This document shows, piece by piece, positions 49,934-59,619 of a stretch of DNA of 64,000 bases. The stretch spans positions 9,945-73,944 of the forward strand of contig CAZPVP010000002.1 of the NCBI GenBank assembly GCA_964590345.1, written 5' to 3'. The position numbers and the translations under genes were made by a program. Every line of letters starts with the position of its first letter. The stretch's first letter is position 1. Under the pieces are notes generated by a model that saw nothing but the letters and a program-made list of their open reading frames with translations, did not search any database and was not told the origin of the DNA. This DNA comes from an uncultured Gammaproteobacteria bacterium (GTDB lineage: Bacteria; Patescibacteriota; Patescibacteriia; CAIXNZ01).

Positions 49934-50599
49934 TTAGCCATTTTGTAAATTTTCATCCTTAAAGCTTCCGACCAAGTTGTTTGGATTAACAACATAATCA
50001 AAAACTTGAGGATTATTTTCTTTGAGATGACTTACCATCATCTTAAATGAAACGACGCAAGGCAAAACCCAGCTGCCAAAATAAAATCGCGGAATGCCGA
50101 AAGGTTCTATCCAGAAGCAGTGTTTATGGGCTTCCAGAAAAAACCTAAAATCAATCGTAAAGTACATATAGCCAAGACTGTTACGCAGACATACATGGTA
50201 AACGATTTTACCAATATCCACAGTAAAGTTTGACTGTTTCTCTCTGAATTTTTTAAGAGCCGCTACTTGGGAAATTTCCACTTCATGATTTTGAACTTCC
50301 TGGCATTGATGGCTCTCAAAAAATTCCGTTTCTGGCCGCTTTTCACCGAATTTACTGAAAAGCGGCAGTGGCAAAGGATATGAGCGAATCAAGCGCATGC
50401 CAGCCATCACTTCCTGCGAAGCTTTATCAAATATTAAAAAAAGCATTGACTGGCTATCATACTCATCCTCGACCCTGCCTTGCGGATATTTTACCGACTC
50501 AAACCACTTCAGTTCCTGACAGTAAACCTGGTAAATCAGCTCCTGATAAGCTTTAAGCTCTTCAGGATTTCCCACTGCCTTAATTATCCGGTCAAACAT
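49934..50599 (-). CDS. GNAT of the AHL-synthase / N-acyl amino acid synthase (FeeM-like) superfamily
   Basis: LIYQVYCQELKW..EDEYD..AGMRLI..LP..EISQ parallels LuxI/FeeM motifs. Confidence 0.7.
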   Translation of the reverse strand: MFDRIIKAVGNPEELKAYQELIYQVYCQELKWFESVKYPQGRVEDEYDSQSMLFLIFDKASQEVMAGMRLIRSYPLPLPLFSKFGEKRPETEFFESHQCQEVQNHEVEISQVAALKKFREKQSNFTVDIGKIVYHVCLRNSLGYMYFTIDFRFFLEAHKHCFWIEPFGIPRFYFGSWVLPCVVSFKMMVSHLKENNPQVFDYVVNPNNLVGSFKDENLQNG

Positions 50600-50616
50600 T
50601 TTTCTACTCCTTTAGT

Positions 50617-51546
50617 CTAAGAGCTTTTTTCCTGCTGAAAAAAACAAAGTTTTTCCCCAAAGCAACCTTGCCGAATCTCTTGGAAAAGCGGATGGTTTTG
50701 CCAAAGATCCTGCAAATTCTGCCAAGGCGCTTTTTCCTTTGGCTCAAAAATATTACCTGCCTTTTTCTGGTAAAAAAAATTGCAGGCAAAAACCGTACCA
50801 TCAGAGCCAATATAAGCAATTTTCCGGCCACAGTCGCAGGGCGCATAGCGGACGTCTTTCAGGTCGTAAATTTCTGGATACTCCAGATGCGAAAAGCACC
50901 AAAGTTCCAGATAAGGCTTATCTGGCCCAATCATTTGAACAACTTCCAGAATCTGCTCCACTAGCTCTAAACGCAATGGAACCAATTCAGAAGTTGCCCT
51001 TCCCCCTAAAATCAATGCCTGAATTTCCAGGCCAGCCACGCCGATCCGGCTGACAAAATCGTAAATTTCAGGCAGTTCCCGAACATTGAGCCTGATCGGC
51101 ACAACTTCGGGAATTACGGTTAAAGCCGTAGCATTGGCCGCATAAATCAAATTGGCAATTACTTGATTCAAAAGCTCGGGTCTGCTTTGCCGGATTTGCC
51201 CGTAAACTTCTGGCTTGAGCGTATCAAAAGTCACGTGCAAGACGTCCAAACCGACCGCTACCAGCGCATCCAGCACCTTTGGATCAGCCAATTCCAGATT
51301 AGTATTAATCTGAACTTGAGCGCCAGAATCTTTAGCATGCTTAATGCAGTCAATCAGAGTTTCCCAGCAAACAAGAGGATCACCGCCTGTAAAAGAAACT
51401 TTTTGCGGCAAAAAAGCTTCAATTATAGACTTAATCGCTTCGCCAGAAAGTTCCTTGGTTTTCCAACCGTCATTATTGATGCAGTAAACGCAGCGGACAT
51501 TACATGCGGTTGTCAGTTGGAATTCAATCTTTTGCAATGTTTGCAT
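50617..51546 (-). CDS. Radical SAM protein with SPASM/twitch domain (likely start 51546)
   Basis: CNVRCVYC, FTGGDP, INTN, CDCG...GTVFAC...GNI; AGGAGG RBS. Confidence 0.9.
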   Translation of the reverse strand: MQTLQKIEFQLTTACNVRCVYCINNDGWKTKELSGEAIKSIIEAFLPQKVSFTGGDPLVCWETLIDCIKHAKDSGAQVQINTNLELADPKVLDALVAVGLDVLHVTFDTLKPEVYGQIRQSRPELLNQVIANLIYAANATALTVIPEVVPIRLNVRELPEIYDFVSRIGVAGLEIQALILGGRATSELVPLRLELVEQILEVVQMIGPDKPYLELWCFSHLEYPEIYDLKDVRYAPCDCGRKIAYIGSDGTVFACNFFYQKKAGNIFEPKEKAPWQNLQDLWQNHPLFQEIRQGCFGEKLCFFQQEKSS

Positions 51547-52267
51547 TTTCAACCTCCTTTTTGGCAACAGCCAAAATGTCTACGCCAGCATAAACTGGCC
51601 GAATCTTAATCTGCTGAAAATTAGCTTGAGCCAATAATTCCGCCATTTCTTTTGCTGTATAGAAAAAATCACGACTTGCAGTGCTTTGCATTGAAAGCAA
51701 CAGATTGTAAACAGCCAACAGCGCAAACCAGGGCAGATAAAAACATGTTTTGGCCAGACAGAACCAGTCTCGGCGCCGAAAAATCTGCTTAAAATGCTCC
51801 GGTAAAACAGGCGCCGGATTATTGGTTCGCGGCGTGGCCACCGCCAAAATACCTCCCGGCTTCAAGACGCGGAAAAATTCAGCCAAGGCAAGCTTTGGCT
51901 GGACTAAATTGTAAAGGGCATGGCAACAGCAAACCGCATCAAAACACCCCTCACTAAAAGGCAATTTTTGATTCAAATCAACCTGCTGCCATTTAAAATT
52001 TGAATCCAAATTCTTGGCTCGGGCCTTTTTTAGCATAGTTTCTGAAATATCAATACCAGTGAAAAAAATTCGCCCTTTGTTTTTTGAATCAAAATAGTGG
52101 CAAAGATTGCCTGTGCCGCAGCCAGCATCAAGCACATTTTGGCCAGGTTGCAAATTAAGCGCCAATAAAATTTCTGACATCAGATCCTGAAAAGGCAACA
52201 GAAAAAGCTTGAAGTCAATCAGGTAAGCATAAGGCGCCCAGATGATTTTTTTCAAAAACGTAGCCAT
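51524..52267 (-). CDS. Class I SAM-dependent methyltransferase (likely start 52267)
   Basis: VLDAGCGTG, GIDISETML, LPF..FDAV, RVLKPGG; AGGAGG RBS. Confidence 0.9.
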   Translation of the reverse strand: MATFLKKIIWAPYAYLIDFKLFLLPFQDLMSEILLALNLQPGQNVLDAGCGTGNLCHYFDSKNKGRIFFTGIDISETMLKKARAKNLDSNFKWQQVDLNQKLPFSEGCFDAVCCCHALYNLVQPKLALAEFFRVLKPGGILAVATPRTNNPAPVLPEHFKQIFRRRDWFCLAKTCFYLPWFALLAVYNLLLSMQSTASRDFFYTAKEMAELLAQANFQQIKIRPVYAGVDILAVAKKEVENANIAKD

Positions 52268-52339
52268 AATTTTCCTCCTTTTAGCACTTTGTGCCAATTT
52301 GTTTTGCAAATTTGAATTTAAAGAACTTTTAAACAAAAA

Positions 52340-52420
52340 ATTACCTTTTAATTAAAAGGTAATATATTACTTATTACAGAAGCCTAAATTTTTAATTAAT
52401 ACTTCTTTAATTAAAAATTA
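52340..52420. promoter_or_regulatory. Two AT-rich palindromes between the regulator and the methyltransferase operon
   Basis: Perfect 24-bp ATTACCTTTTAATTAAAAGGTAAT (52340-63) and a 13-bp inverted repeat (52388-420). Confidence 0.4.
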
Positions 52421-52433
52421 AAAAAATATTAAT

Positions 52434-53105
52434 TTATTCATCAGAAATTTTATAACCACTGCCATGCACAGTTTTAATTAACTTCTTCCTAAAACCATCA
52501 TCTATTTTTCTCCTCAAATAACGCACATGCACATCAACAGTATTAGTAAATGGGTCAACATTCATATCCCAAACATGTTCTAAAATCATGCTCCGTGTTA
52601 AAACAACATTCGGATTTCTCATAAAATATTCTAAAAGATTAAATTCCCTATGCCTTAATTCTATTTTCTTATTTCCCCTTTTTACTTCATGAGTTTTTAA
52701 ATCCATCTCTAAATCAGCAATTTTAAGCTTATTACTAACAAGACTTTTGTTTCTATTCAAAAGAGCCCTAATTCTCGCAATTAATTCCTCAATAGCAAAA
52801 GGTTTAGTTAAATAATCATTAACACCCATATCAAAAGCTTCAACTTTCTTTCTTACTTCATTTTCTACAGTTAAAATAATAATTGGCAAATTTGTTTTTT
52901 GCTCTTTGATTTTTTTAAAAACTTCCAAACCATAAGTATCTGGCAATCTTAAATCCAAAACTACTAAATCATAATCATTAACTAAAGCCAAATAGGATCC
53001 ATCCTTACCATTAGCAGCAATATCTACAGCAAAATGCTCAGCTTGCAACCCTTTTTTAATAAAGCTAGCAATATCTTTTTCATCTTCAATAATTAATATT
53101 CTCAT
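52434..53105 (-). CDS. OmpR/PhoB-family response regulator
   Basis: ILIIEDE, LDLRLP, DYLTKPF, TNTVDVHVRYLRRK, TVHGSGY. Confidence 0.96.
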   Translation of the reverse strand: MRILIIEDEKDIASFIKKGLQAEHFAVDIAANGKDGSYLALVNDYDLVVLDLRLPDTYGLEVFKKIKEQKTNLPIIILTVENEVRKKVEAFDMGVNDYLTKPFAIEELIARIRALLNRNKSLVSNKLKIADLEMDLKTHEVKRGNKKIELRHREFNLLEYFMRNPNVVLTRSMILEHVWDMNVDPFTNTVDVHVRYLRRKIDDGFRKKLIKTVHGSGYKISDE

Positions 53106-53440
53106 AATTTTATTATTTTATTTGTCTCTATTTTAACAACCAATAATAAATTTGGCAATAAAATCATTTTATTTATTTAAATTGTAATTTATTCAAGATT
53201 AAAAACACTTAAAATATAAATTAATTTAAAATTAAATGACTTTTTTTAAATTTTTTTAAAAAACTTATTAACCAGATATCCACAAATTTAAAAAAAATTA
53301 ATAAATATCTTATCCTTTATTAATTTTTAAAGGAATACAATGTGTTTATTAATTAAAAAAATTCTAAATTATAACCAAAATCATTTCCCAAAACAAAAAA
53401 AGCTTAAAATTTTTAAAATCCCAAACAAAGGAGGATATTA

Positions 53441-53620
53441 ATGAATGAGACAAAAAAAATGCAAATTTATTGCGCTTGGTGCGGCAAATTTTTGAAACTA
53501 GTTAAATGTACTGAAAAACAATCCAGCAAAATTTCGCATGGTATTTGCCAGCAATGTTATCAAAAAACAATGGCTGAACTAGAAAAAATAAATCCAATGC
53601 CTGCCAAGAAAAAAAATTAA
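53441..53620 (+). CDS. 59-aa zinc-finger protein (CAWC...SHGICxxC), absent from the ORF track
   Basis: AGGAGG RBS; MNETKKMQIYCAWCGKFL...ISHGICQQCYQK... Confidence 0.75.
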   Translation: MNETKKMQIYCAWCGKFLKLVKCTEKQSSKISHGICQQCYQKTMAELEKINPMPAKKKN

Positions 53621-53660
53621 ACCGAGCTGGCTACTAACAACAAGCTAGCTCAACTAAACA

Positions 53661-54983
53661 ATGAAATTCTTAAATATTTTTTTACCAAACAAATTTTTAC
53701 AAAATAGTTTTATTTTCGTCAGTGGCAATATTATAGCCGGTTTTATAGGATACTTATTCCATCTTTTAATTTCCAGAAAATTAACAATTGAAAACTATGG
53801 CGAATTACAGGCCTTGATTTCCTTATTAAATATCTTGGCTGTGCCTACCGTGGCTATTAATTTTTTTATCATCAAACATGCCTCTGCTTTTTATGAAAAG
53901 AAAAATTATCTGGCCAATTACAAATTTTACCGCTGGCTAAAGAAAAAAATTCTGATTTTAATTCTATTTTTCTCTCTGTTTTTTCTTATAGCCATGCCTT
54001 TTTTAAAAAATTATCTACATTTAAACGAATACTATAATCTTTTAATCGTGCTTTTAATAATCAATCTCAGCTTACTAGTTGTTGTTCCTAAGGGCATTTT
54101 AAACGGCTGGCAAGATTTTAAAAATCTGACATGGAATAATATCTTGAGTGCAATCATAAAATTATTTTTAGGCGTTTTTTTAGTTTATATCTTTATCACC
54201 ACTGCTTCTGCTTTAACTGGCTTTTTAGCTGGGGCTTTATTCAGCTATTTATTTCTCAGTTATATCCTTAAAAAGAAAAAAAAAGACATAAAAAAAACTG
54301 GCAAGGTGTTAAAAAACACAAAACATATTTTTGACAAACATAAGATTATTAAAGAAATTAAAAAATATATTCTACCTATCCTCTTTTTTAGTTTATTTAT
54401 CGCGCTTTTAACTTCCTTTGACATGCTGATGGTAAAAAATCTGACCAATCCAAAATTAGCCGGTTTTTATGGTGCTTTTAATATTTTAAGCAAGATTATT
54501 TTCTGGGCAAGCTCTTCAGTAGTGCTGGTTGTCTTGCCAATGGCCTGCGCTAAAAATTCAATTAAACAACGATTGAGCCGAAAAACTTTAATTTATGCCA
54601 ACGCTCTAATTATCTTTATTTGTCTAACCGGGTTCACTGCTTATTTCTTCTTTCCTGACTTGATTATCAACCTGCTTTTCGGTGCCAAATATTTACCTCT
54701 GGCTAACAGCCTTTGGGCTTTTGCGCTCATGGCTCTTGCTTTATCTTTATTAAATCTGGAAGCCAATTTGGCCTATGCCAGATATGACTTCAACATTTGC
54801 TACATTCTCCTTGCCACTTTAATTTTGGAAATAATTTTTATTTATTTTTTCAGCCAAAACCTGCTCAAGATCGCTCTGACTATAGCTATCATCCAATTTA
54901 TGGGCTACCTAGCCGCTCTTATTTACAATCGAAAAGCAAGCAAACAATGCCAATTAACAAATCCAACTAAAATAACTGCCTAA
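53661..54983 (+). CDS. Oligosaccharide flippase (Wzx-like)
   Basis: About 12 TM; ENYGEL, FDMLMVKN, AGFYGA, LLFGAKY. Confidence 0.9.
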   Translation: MKFLNIFLPNKFLQNSFIFVSGNIIAGFIGYLFHLLISRKLTIENYGELQALISLLNILAVPTVAINFFIIKHASAFYEKKNYLANYKFYRWLKKKILILILFFSLFFLIAMPFLKNYLHLNEYYNLLIVLLIINLSLLVVVPKGILNGWQDFKNLTWNNILSAIIKLFLGVFLVYIFITTASALTGFLAGALFSYLFLSYILKKKKKDIKKTGKVLKNTKHIFDKHKIIKEIKKYILPILFFSLFIALLTSFDMLMVKNLTNPKLAGFYGAFNILSKIIFWASSSVVLVVLPMACAKNSIKQRLSRKTLIYANALIIFICLTGFTAYFFFPDLIINLLFGAKYLPLANSLWAFALMALALSLLNLEANLAYARYDFNICYILLATLILEIIFIYFFSQNLLKIALTIAIIQFMGYLAALIYNRKASKQCQLTNPTKITA

Positions 54984-54987
54984 AAAT

Positions 54988-55932
54988 ATGCCTGCCAAAT
55001 TAATTTCAATAATCATTCCGGTTTATAATGAGGAAAAAAATATTATCCTGCTTTATCGCGATTTGAAACAAATTCTGAATGAACAGAGGCATGATCATGA
55101 AATTATTTTTATTAACGACGGCAGCCAAGATAACTCCAGCCAAGAATTAACTAAAATCGCCAACGAGGATGAAAAAATAAGAATCATTGAATTCTCACGC
55201 AACTTTGGCAAGGAAGTCGCTCTAACAGCCGGGCTGCATCATTGTTTAGGCGATGCTTGTCTGATTTTAGACGCTGATTTGCAGCATCCGGTTGAATTAA
55301 TCCCTCAATTTTTAAACAAATGGGAACAAGGCAATGAAATTGTCATTGGCATCAGAAAAAAAACAAAAACCAACCCGGCAAAAAAAGTAGGCTCTTATTT
55401 TTTCTATAAAATTATGAAAAAAATTTCAGATACGGAAATCATGCCCAATTCCACTGATTACAGGCTTTTGGACAAGAAAGTAATCACCGAATTCAATAAA
55501 TTCACGGAAAAAAACCGGCTAACGCGCGGCTTGATTGACTGGCTGGGTTTTAAACGCGATTATATTTATTTTGAAGCCAAAGCCAGAGCCAATGGCCGGG
55601 CCAATTACAGTTTTTTAAAACTCTTTAGGCTGGCTTTGAATAGCATTGTTTCTTTGAGTTTATTCCCATTAAAATTGGCGGGGTATCTGGGCATTTTTAT
55701 CATGATAAGCTCTGGGCTGATCGGACTTTTCATTTTCATTGAAAAATATCTTTTGCACGATCCCTGGAACTTGAATTTTTCAGGGCCAGCAATTTTAGCT
55801 ATCATCATTTTATTTTTAGTCGGCATTATTTTAAGCTGTCTAGGATTAATTGCTTTGTATATTGCCAATATTCATGGCGAAGTGATTAATCGGCCGATTT
55901 ATGTCATTAGAAAAAAAGAAAATTTTCAATAA
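54988..55932 (+). CDS. GT2 polyprenyl-phosphate glycosyltransferase (GtrB-like)
   Basis: IIPVYNEE, NDGSQD, SRNFGKE, DADLQHP, two C-terminal TM, RPIY. Confidence 0.93.
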   Translation: MPAKLISIIIPVYNEEKNIILLYRDLKQILNEQRHDHEIIFINDGSQDNSSQELTKIANEDEKIRIIEFSRNFGKEVALTAGLHHCLGDACLILDADLQHPVELIPQFLNKWEQGNEIVIGIRKKTKTNPAKKVGSYFFYKIMKKISDTEIMPNSTDYRLLDKKVITEFNKFTEKNRLTRGLIDWLGFKRDYIYFEAKARANGRANYSFLKLFRLALNSIVSLSLFPLKLAGYLGIFIMISSGLIGLFIFIEKYLLHDPWNLNFSGPAILAIIILFLVGIILSCLGLIALYIANIHGEVINRPIYVIRKKENFQ

Positions 55933-56067
55933 ATGCGGATCTGCTAATAAGACGAATCTACAAATTTTCCCCTTTTTACTCTTATTATCCTTTCCCCTAT
56001 ATTCCCCTTTTATAAATTGTAACTTTATAAAAACCTTATCTAACCTTATAACGATCCATATAAGCTT

Positions 56068-57060
56068 ATGATTTACACAAAAAAAATTAAATATAGCTTC
56101 ATTATTCCAGTTAAAGAAATCAACGATTATATTAGGGAATCCGTGCCGAAAATTCTGGAAATAAACAGGGATAATTTTGAAATTATAATTTATCCAGACA
56201 AAACCAGCGATGAAACTTGGCCCAAAACCAGACAAATCGCCACCGGTCATATTAGCCCGGCACAAAAAAGAAATCTGGCGCTCAGGGACGCCGACGGCGA
56301 AATTCTGATTTTTATTGATGATGATGCTTATCCGAAAAAAAACTTTTTGGACATTCTTGACCAAGACTTTAATTTGCCTCAAATTGCGGCTGTTGGCGGA
56401 CCGGCTTTGACTCCGCCGCATGATACCTTCTGGCAAAAAGTTTCCGGCGCTATATTTTTAAGTGCTTTAAGCGGCGGCTGCCCTGACAGATACGTTCCCA
56501 AGGGTTCAAAAAGATTTGTTGAAGATTGGCCAAGCGTCAACCTGTCAGTGCGCAAAAAATATTTTGGTCAAATCAATGGCTTTGACTGCGATTTTTGGCC
56601 CGGCGAAGATACAAAATTCTGTCTTGATTTAATTAATAAAACTCAGAGCAAACTTTTATATGACCCGGAATTAATTGTCTGGCATCACCGCCGCTCGGGT
56701 TTTTTTAAACATTTAAACCAAATTGCTGGCTATGGCCTGCATCGCGGTTTTTTTGCCAAAAAATTCCCCAAAACCTCATTTAAATTTAAATATTTTACTC
56801 CATCTTTTTTTCTGCTCTTTGTTATCAGCGGCGGAATTACCAGTTTTTTTTCATTTTTTGTTTTTAAAATCTATTTAATCGGCTGGCTAGCCTATATAGC
56901 CGCTTTGAGCAAAGCCGCTTTAGATATAAAAAAATACGAGAAAAACATACTGATCGTTTTAAATTCCCTTTATTTTATATTTTTCACTCACTTAGTTTAC
57001 GGTTTTAAGTTTATCCAAGGGTTTGTTTTTACTAATAATCTTAGAAGTAAATTAAGGTAA
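56068..57060 (+). CDS. GT2 glycosyltransferase
   Basis: SFIIP, KRN, FIDDD, GED, WHHRR. Confidence 0.9.
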   Translation: MIYTKKIKYSFIIPVKEINDYIRESVPKILEINRDNFEIIIYPDKTSDETWPKTRQIATGHISPAQKRNLALRDADGEILIFIDDDAYPKKNFLDILDQDFNLPQIAAVGGPALTPPHDTFWQKVSGAIFLSALSGGCPDRYVPKGSKRFVEDWPSVNLSVRKKYFGQINGFDCDFWPGEDTKFCLDLINKTQSKLLYDPELIVWHHRRSGFFKHLNQIAGYGLHRGFFAKKFPKTSFKFKYFTPSFFLLFVISGGITSFFSFFVFKIYLIGWLAYIAALSKAALDIKKYEKNILIVLNSLYFIFFTHLVYGFKFIQGFVFTNNLRSKLR

Positions 57061-57091
57061 GCTCACGAATGAGCCAAAAAAACAAAAATTT

Positions 57092-58546
57092 ATGAAAATT
57101 GCCATTTCGTTTCCACCCATAGAATCAACCAAAGGCGTTCCGCTTTTAACCCAGAACCGCCAATTCCAATGGTTTAACAATCCCACTTATATTTATCCGG
57201 TCATACCGGCTTACGCCGCCACTTTATTAAAACAAAACAGCTATGAAATTTTTTGGGATGACGCTATTGCGGAAAATTTAAGCTATGAAAAATGGTTAAA
57301 GAGAATAATAACTGAAAAACCGGATCTGATCGCCATTGAAACAAAAACACCTGTCATAAAACGCCATTGGCAAATTATAAATGAGTTAAAAATTAAAAAT
57401 CCAAAATTTAAAATTGTTTTAATGGGCGATCATGTAACAGCACTACCCAATGAATCAATGTTAAATTCACAGGTTGATTTTGTTATTCAAGGCGGCGACT
57501 TTGATTTTATTCTTTTAAGCATCGCGAATCAACTTTCTGGCTGCGGTGAATTTGAAAACGGTGTCTGGTACCGCAAAAACCAGAAAATTAAAAACACCGG
57601 CTTATATAGTTTTCATGGGCATTCTCTAGACAATCTGCCTATGATTGACCGCAATTTAACCAAATGGCAGTTATACGCTTACAAAAACGGGAATTTTAAA
57701 TACCAACCCGGCGCTTACATGATGAGCGGCCGCGACTGCTGGTGGGGCAAATGCTCTTTTTGCTCATGGACAACACTTTTTCCGGGCCGTAGTTTTCGCG
57801 TCAGATCAGTTAAAAATGCGCTGGACGAAGTCGGGCATTTAATAAGCTCGGGCGTTAAAGAAATTATGGAAGATTCCGGCACTTTGCCTGTTGGCCGCTG
57901 GCTGGAAGAATTCTGCCATGGCTTAATTGCCCGCGGCTATAATAAAAAAATCAAAATTAGCTGCAATATGAGAATCAATGCTATAAAAAATTTAGAAACA
58001 TGGCGATTAATGAAACAAGCTGGTTTTCGCTTAATTTTATTCGGGTTAGAATCAGCCAACCAAAAAACTTTAAATCGCATTAATAAAAATCTCAAAGTGG
58101 AAGAAATTGAAAATAGCTTAAAATTATGCAAAATAGCCGGGCTTGAGCCTCATATCACGGCCATGATCGGTTATCCATGGGAAACAAAAAAGGACGCCCA
58201 AAAAACAATTTGTCTGGCCAAAAATTTATTTAAAAAGGGTTATATTGATACTTTGCAGGCCACTATTGTTATCCCCTATCCGGGCACCCCGCTTTATAAA
58301 TACTGCAAAAAAAACAACTTACTAAATTTCATTGATTATGATCGTTTTGATCAACGAGAACAAGTTATGAAATCAGAATTAACTACTAAAGATGTCAAAG
58401 AATTAAGCCAAGAACTTTATAAATCATTTATTACACCAAAATTTATATTTAAAAAAATTATTAATATCAAATCCTTTAATGATCTCAAATTTTTCTGGCG
58501 AGCTGGGCTTAAAATTTGGGGACATTTAACTGATTTTAGTAAATAA
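57092..58546 (+). CDS. Cobalamin-binding-domain radical SAM protein
   Basis: MGDHVTALP, RDCWWGKCSFC, FGLES, IGYPWET, PYPGTPLY. Confidence 0.9.
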   Translation: MKIAISFPPIESTKGVPLLTQNRQFQWFNNPTYIYPVIPAYAATLLKQNSYEIFWDDAIAENLSYEKWLKRIITEKPDLIAIETKTPVIKRHWQIINELKIKNPKFKIVLMGDHVTALPNESMLNSQVDFVIQGGDFDFILLSIANQLSGCGEFENGVWYRKNQKIKNTGLYSFHGHSLDNLPMIDRNLTKWQLYAYKNGNFKYQPGAYMMSGRDCWWGKCSFCSWTTLFPGRSFRVRSVKNALDEVGHLISSGVKEIMEDSGTLPVGRWLEEFCHGLIARGYNKKIKISCNMRINAIKNLETWRLMKQAGFRLILFGLESANQKTLNRINKNLKVEEIENSLKLCKIAGLEPHITAMIGYPWETKKDAQKTICLAKNLFKKGYIDTLQATIVIPYPGTPLYKYCKKNNLLNFIDYDRFDQREQVMKSELTTKDVKELSQELYKSFITPKFIFKKIINIKSFNDLKFFWRAGLKIWGHLTDFSK

Positions 58547-58550
58547 TAAT

Positions 58551-59594
58551 ATGAATCAAAATAATAATTTGCCATCAATCAGTGTTTGTATGGCGACTTT
58601 AAATGCTGCCATTCCCTTAAAAGAATGCCTTCAGCGCTTGTTTAAACAAAATTATCCCGTAGACAAAATTGAATTAATTGTTGCTGATGGAGGCTCAACC
58701 GATCAAACCAGAGAATTAATAAAAAATTATGAAGGGCAAATTTTTGATAACACTTTAAAAACTGGAGAGGCTGGCAAAGCAGTGGCTGTTAAGCAAGCCA
58801 AAAATGATTTAATCCTAATTTTGGATTCTGATAATTATCTGCCTGAAAAAAATTGGCTAAAAAAAATGGTTAAGCCATTTCAAGATCCGGAAATTAAACT
58901 AGCCGAACCAATTGAATATACTTGGCGTAAACAAGGCGGTTATATTGAACGCTATTGTGCTTTAATCGGCATGAATGATCCGCTCTGTCTATTTTTAGGC
59001 AATTATGACCGCTGGAATCATTTAACTCAAAAATGGACAGAAGTTGCGCATCGGAAAATAGATCGGGGCGATTATTTAAAAATAGAACTAAATAAACAAG
59101 GAATACCAACAATTGGAGCTAATGGTACTATTTTCCGCCGGCAATTTTTACAAAATCAAAATATTAATGATTATTTATTTGATATTGATATTATTGCTCA
59201 GGAGATTCAAAAACACGATCAACTCTATATTGCTAAAGTTAAAATAGGCATTATCCATACTTTTTGTGAAAATGATTTTAAAAAATTCATTCGCAAACAA
59301 AAACGAAGAATCAAGGATTATATTTTTCACAAAAAGAACCAATCTAGGACATTTGACTGGGATAAATTTAATTTTGGTGGCAAGTCATCCATTGGCTTAT
59401 ATAAATTTATTATTTACACCTTATTAACATTCCCGCTTTTATTCCAAGCTCTAAAAGGTTTTATGAAAAAAAAAGATTTTGCCTGGTTTTTTCATGTTCC
59501 TGCCTGCTGGGTAACATTGCTTATTTATAGCTGGGGTAAATTAAGCGGTATTTTTTACCAAACAGAATTTAACAGAGATAAATGGTCACAATAA
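58551..59594 (+). CDS. GT2 glycosyltransferase
   Basis: ADGGSTD, LDSDN, TIGANG. Confidence 0.9.
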   Translation: MNQNNNLPSISVCMATLNAAIPLKECLQRLFKQNYPVDKIELIVADGGSTDQTRELIKNYEGQIFDNTLKTGEAGKAVAVKQAKNDLILILDSDNYLPEKNWLKKMVKPFQDPEIKLAEPIEYTWRKQGGYIERYCALIGMNDPLCLFLGNYDRWNHLTQKWTEVAHRKIDRGDYLKIELNKQGIPTIGANGTIFRRQFLQNQNINDYLFDIDIIAQEIQKHDQLYIAKVKIGIIHTFCENDFKKFIRKQKRRIKDYIFHKKNQSRTFDWDKFNFGGKSSIGLYKFIIYTLLTFPLLFQALKGFMKKKDFAWFFHVPACWVTLLIYSWGKLSGIFYQTEFNRDKWSQ

Positions 59595-59619
59595 AAATTA
59601 AATATTAATTAATTTAATT

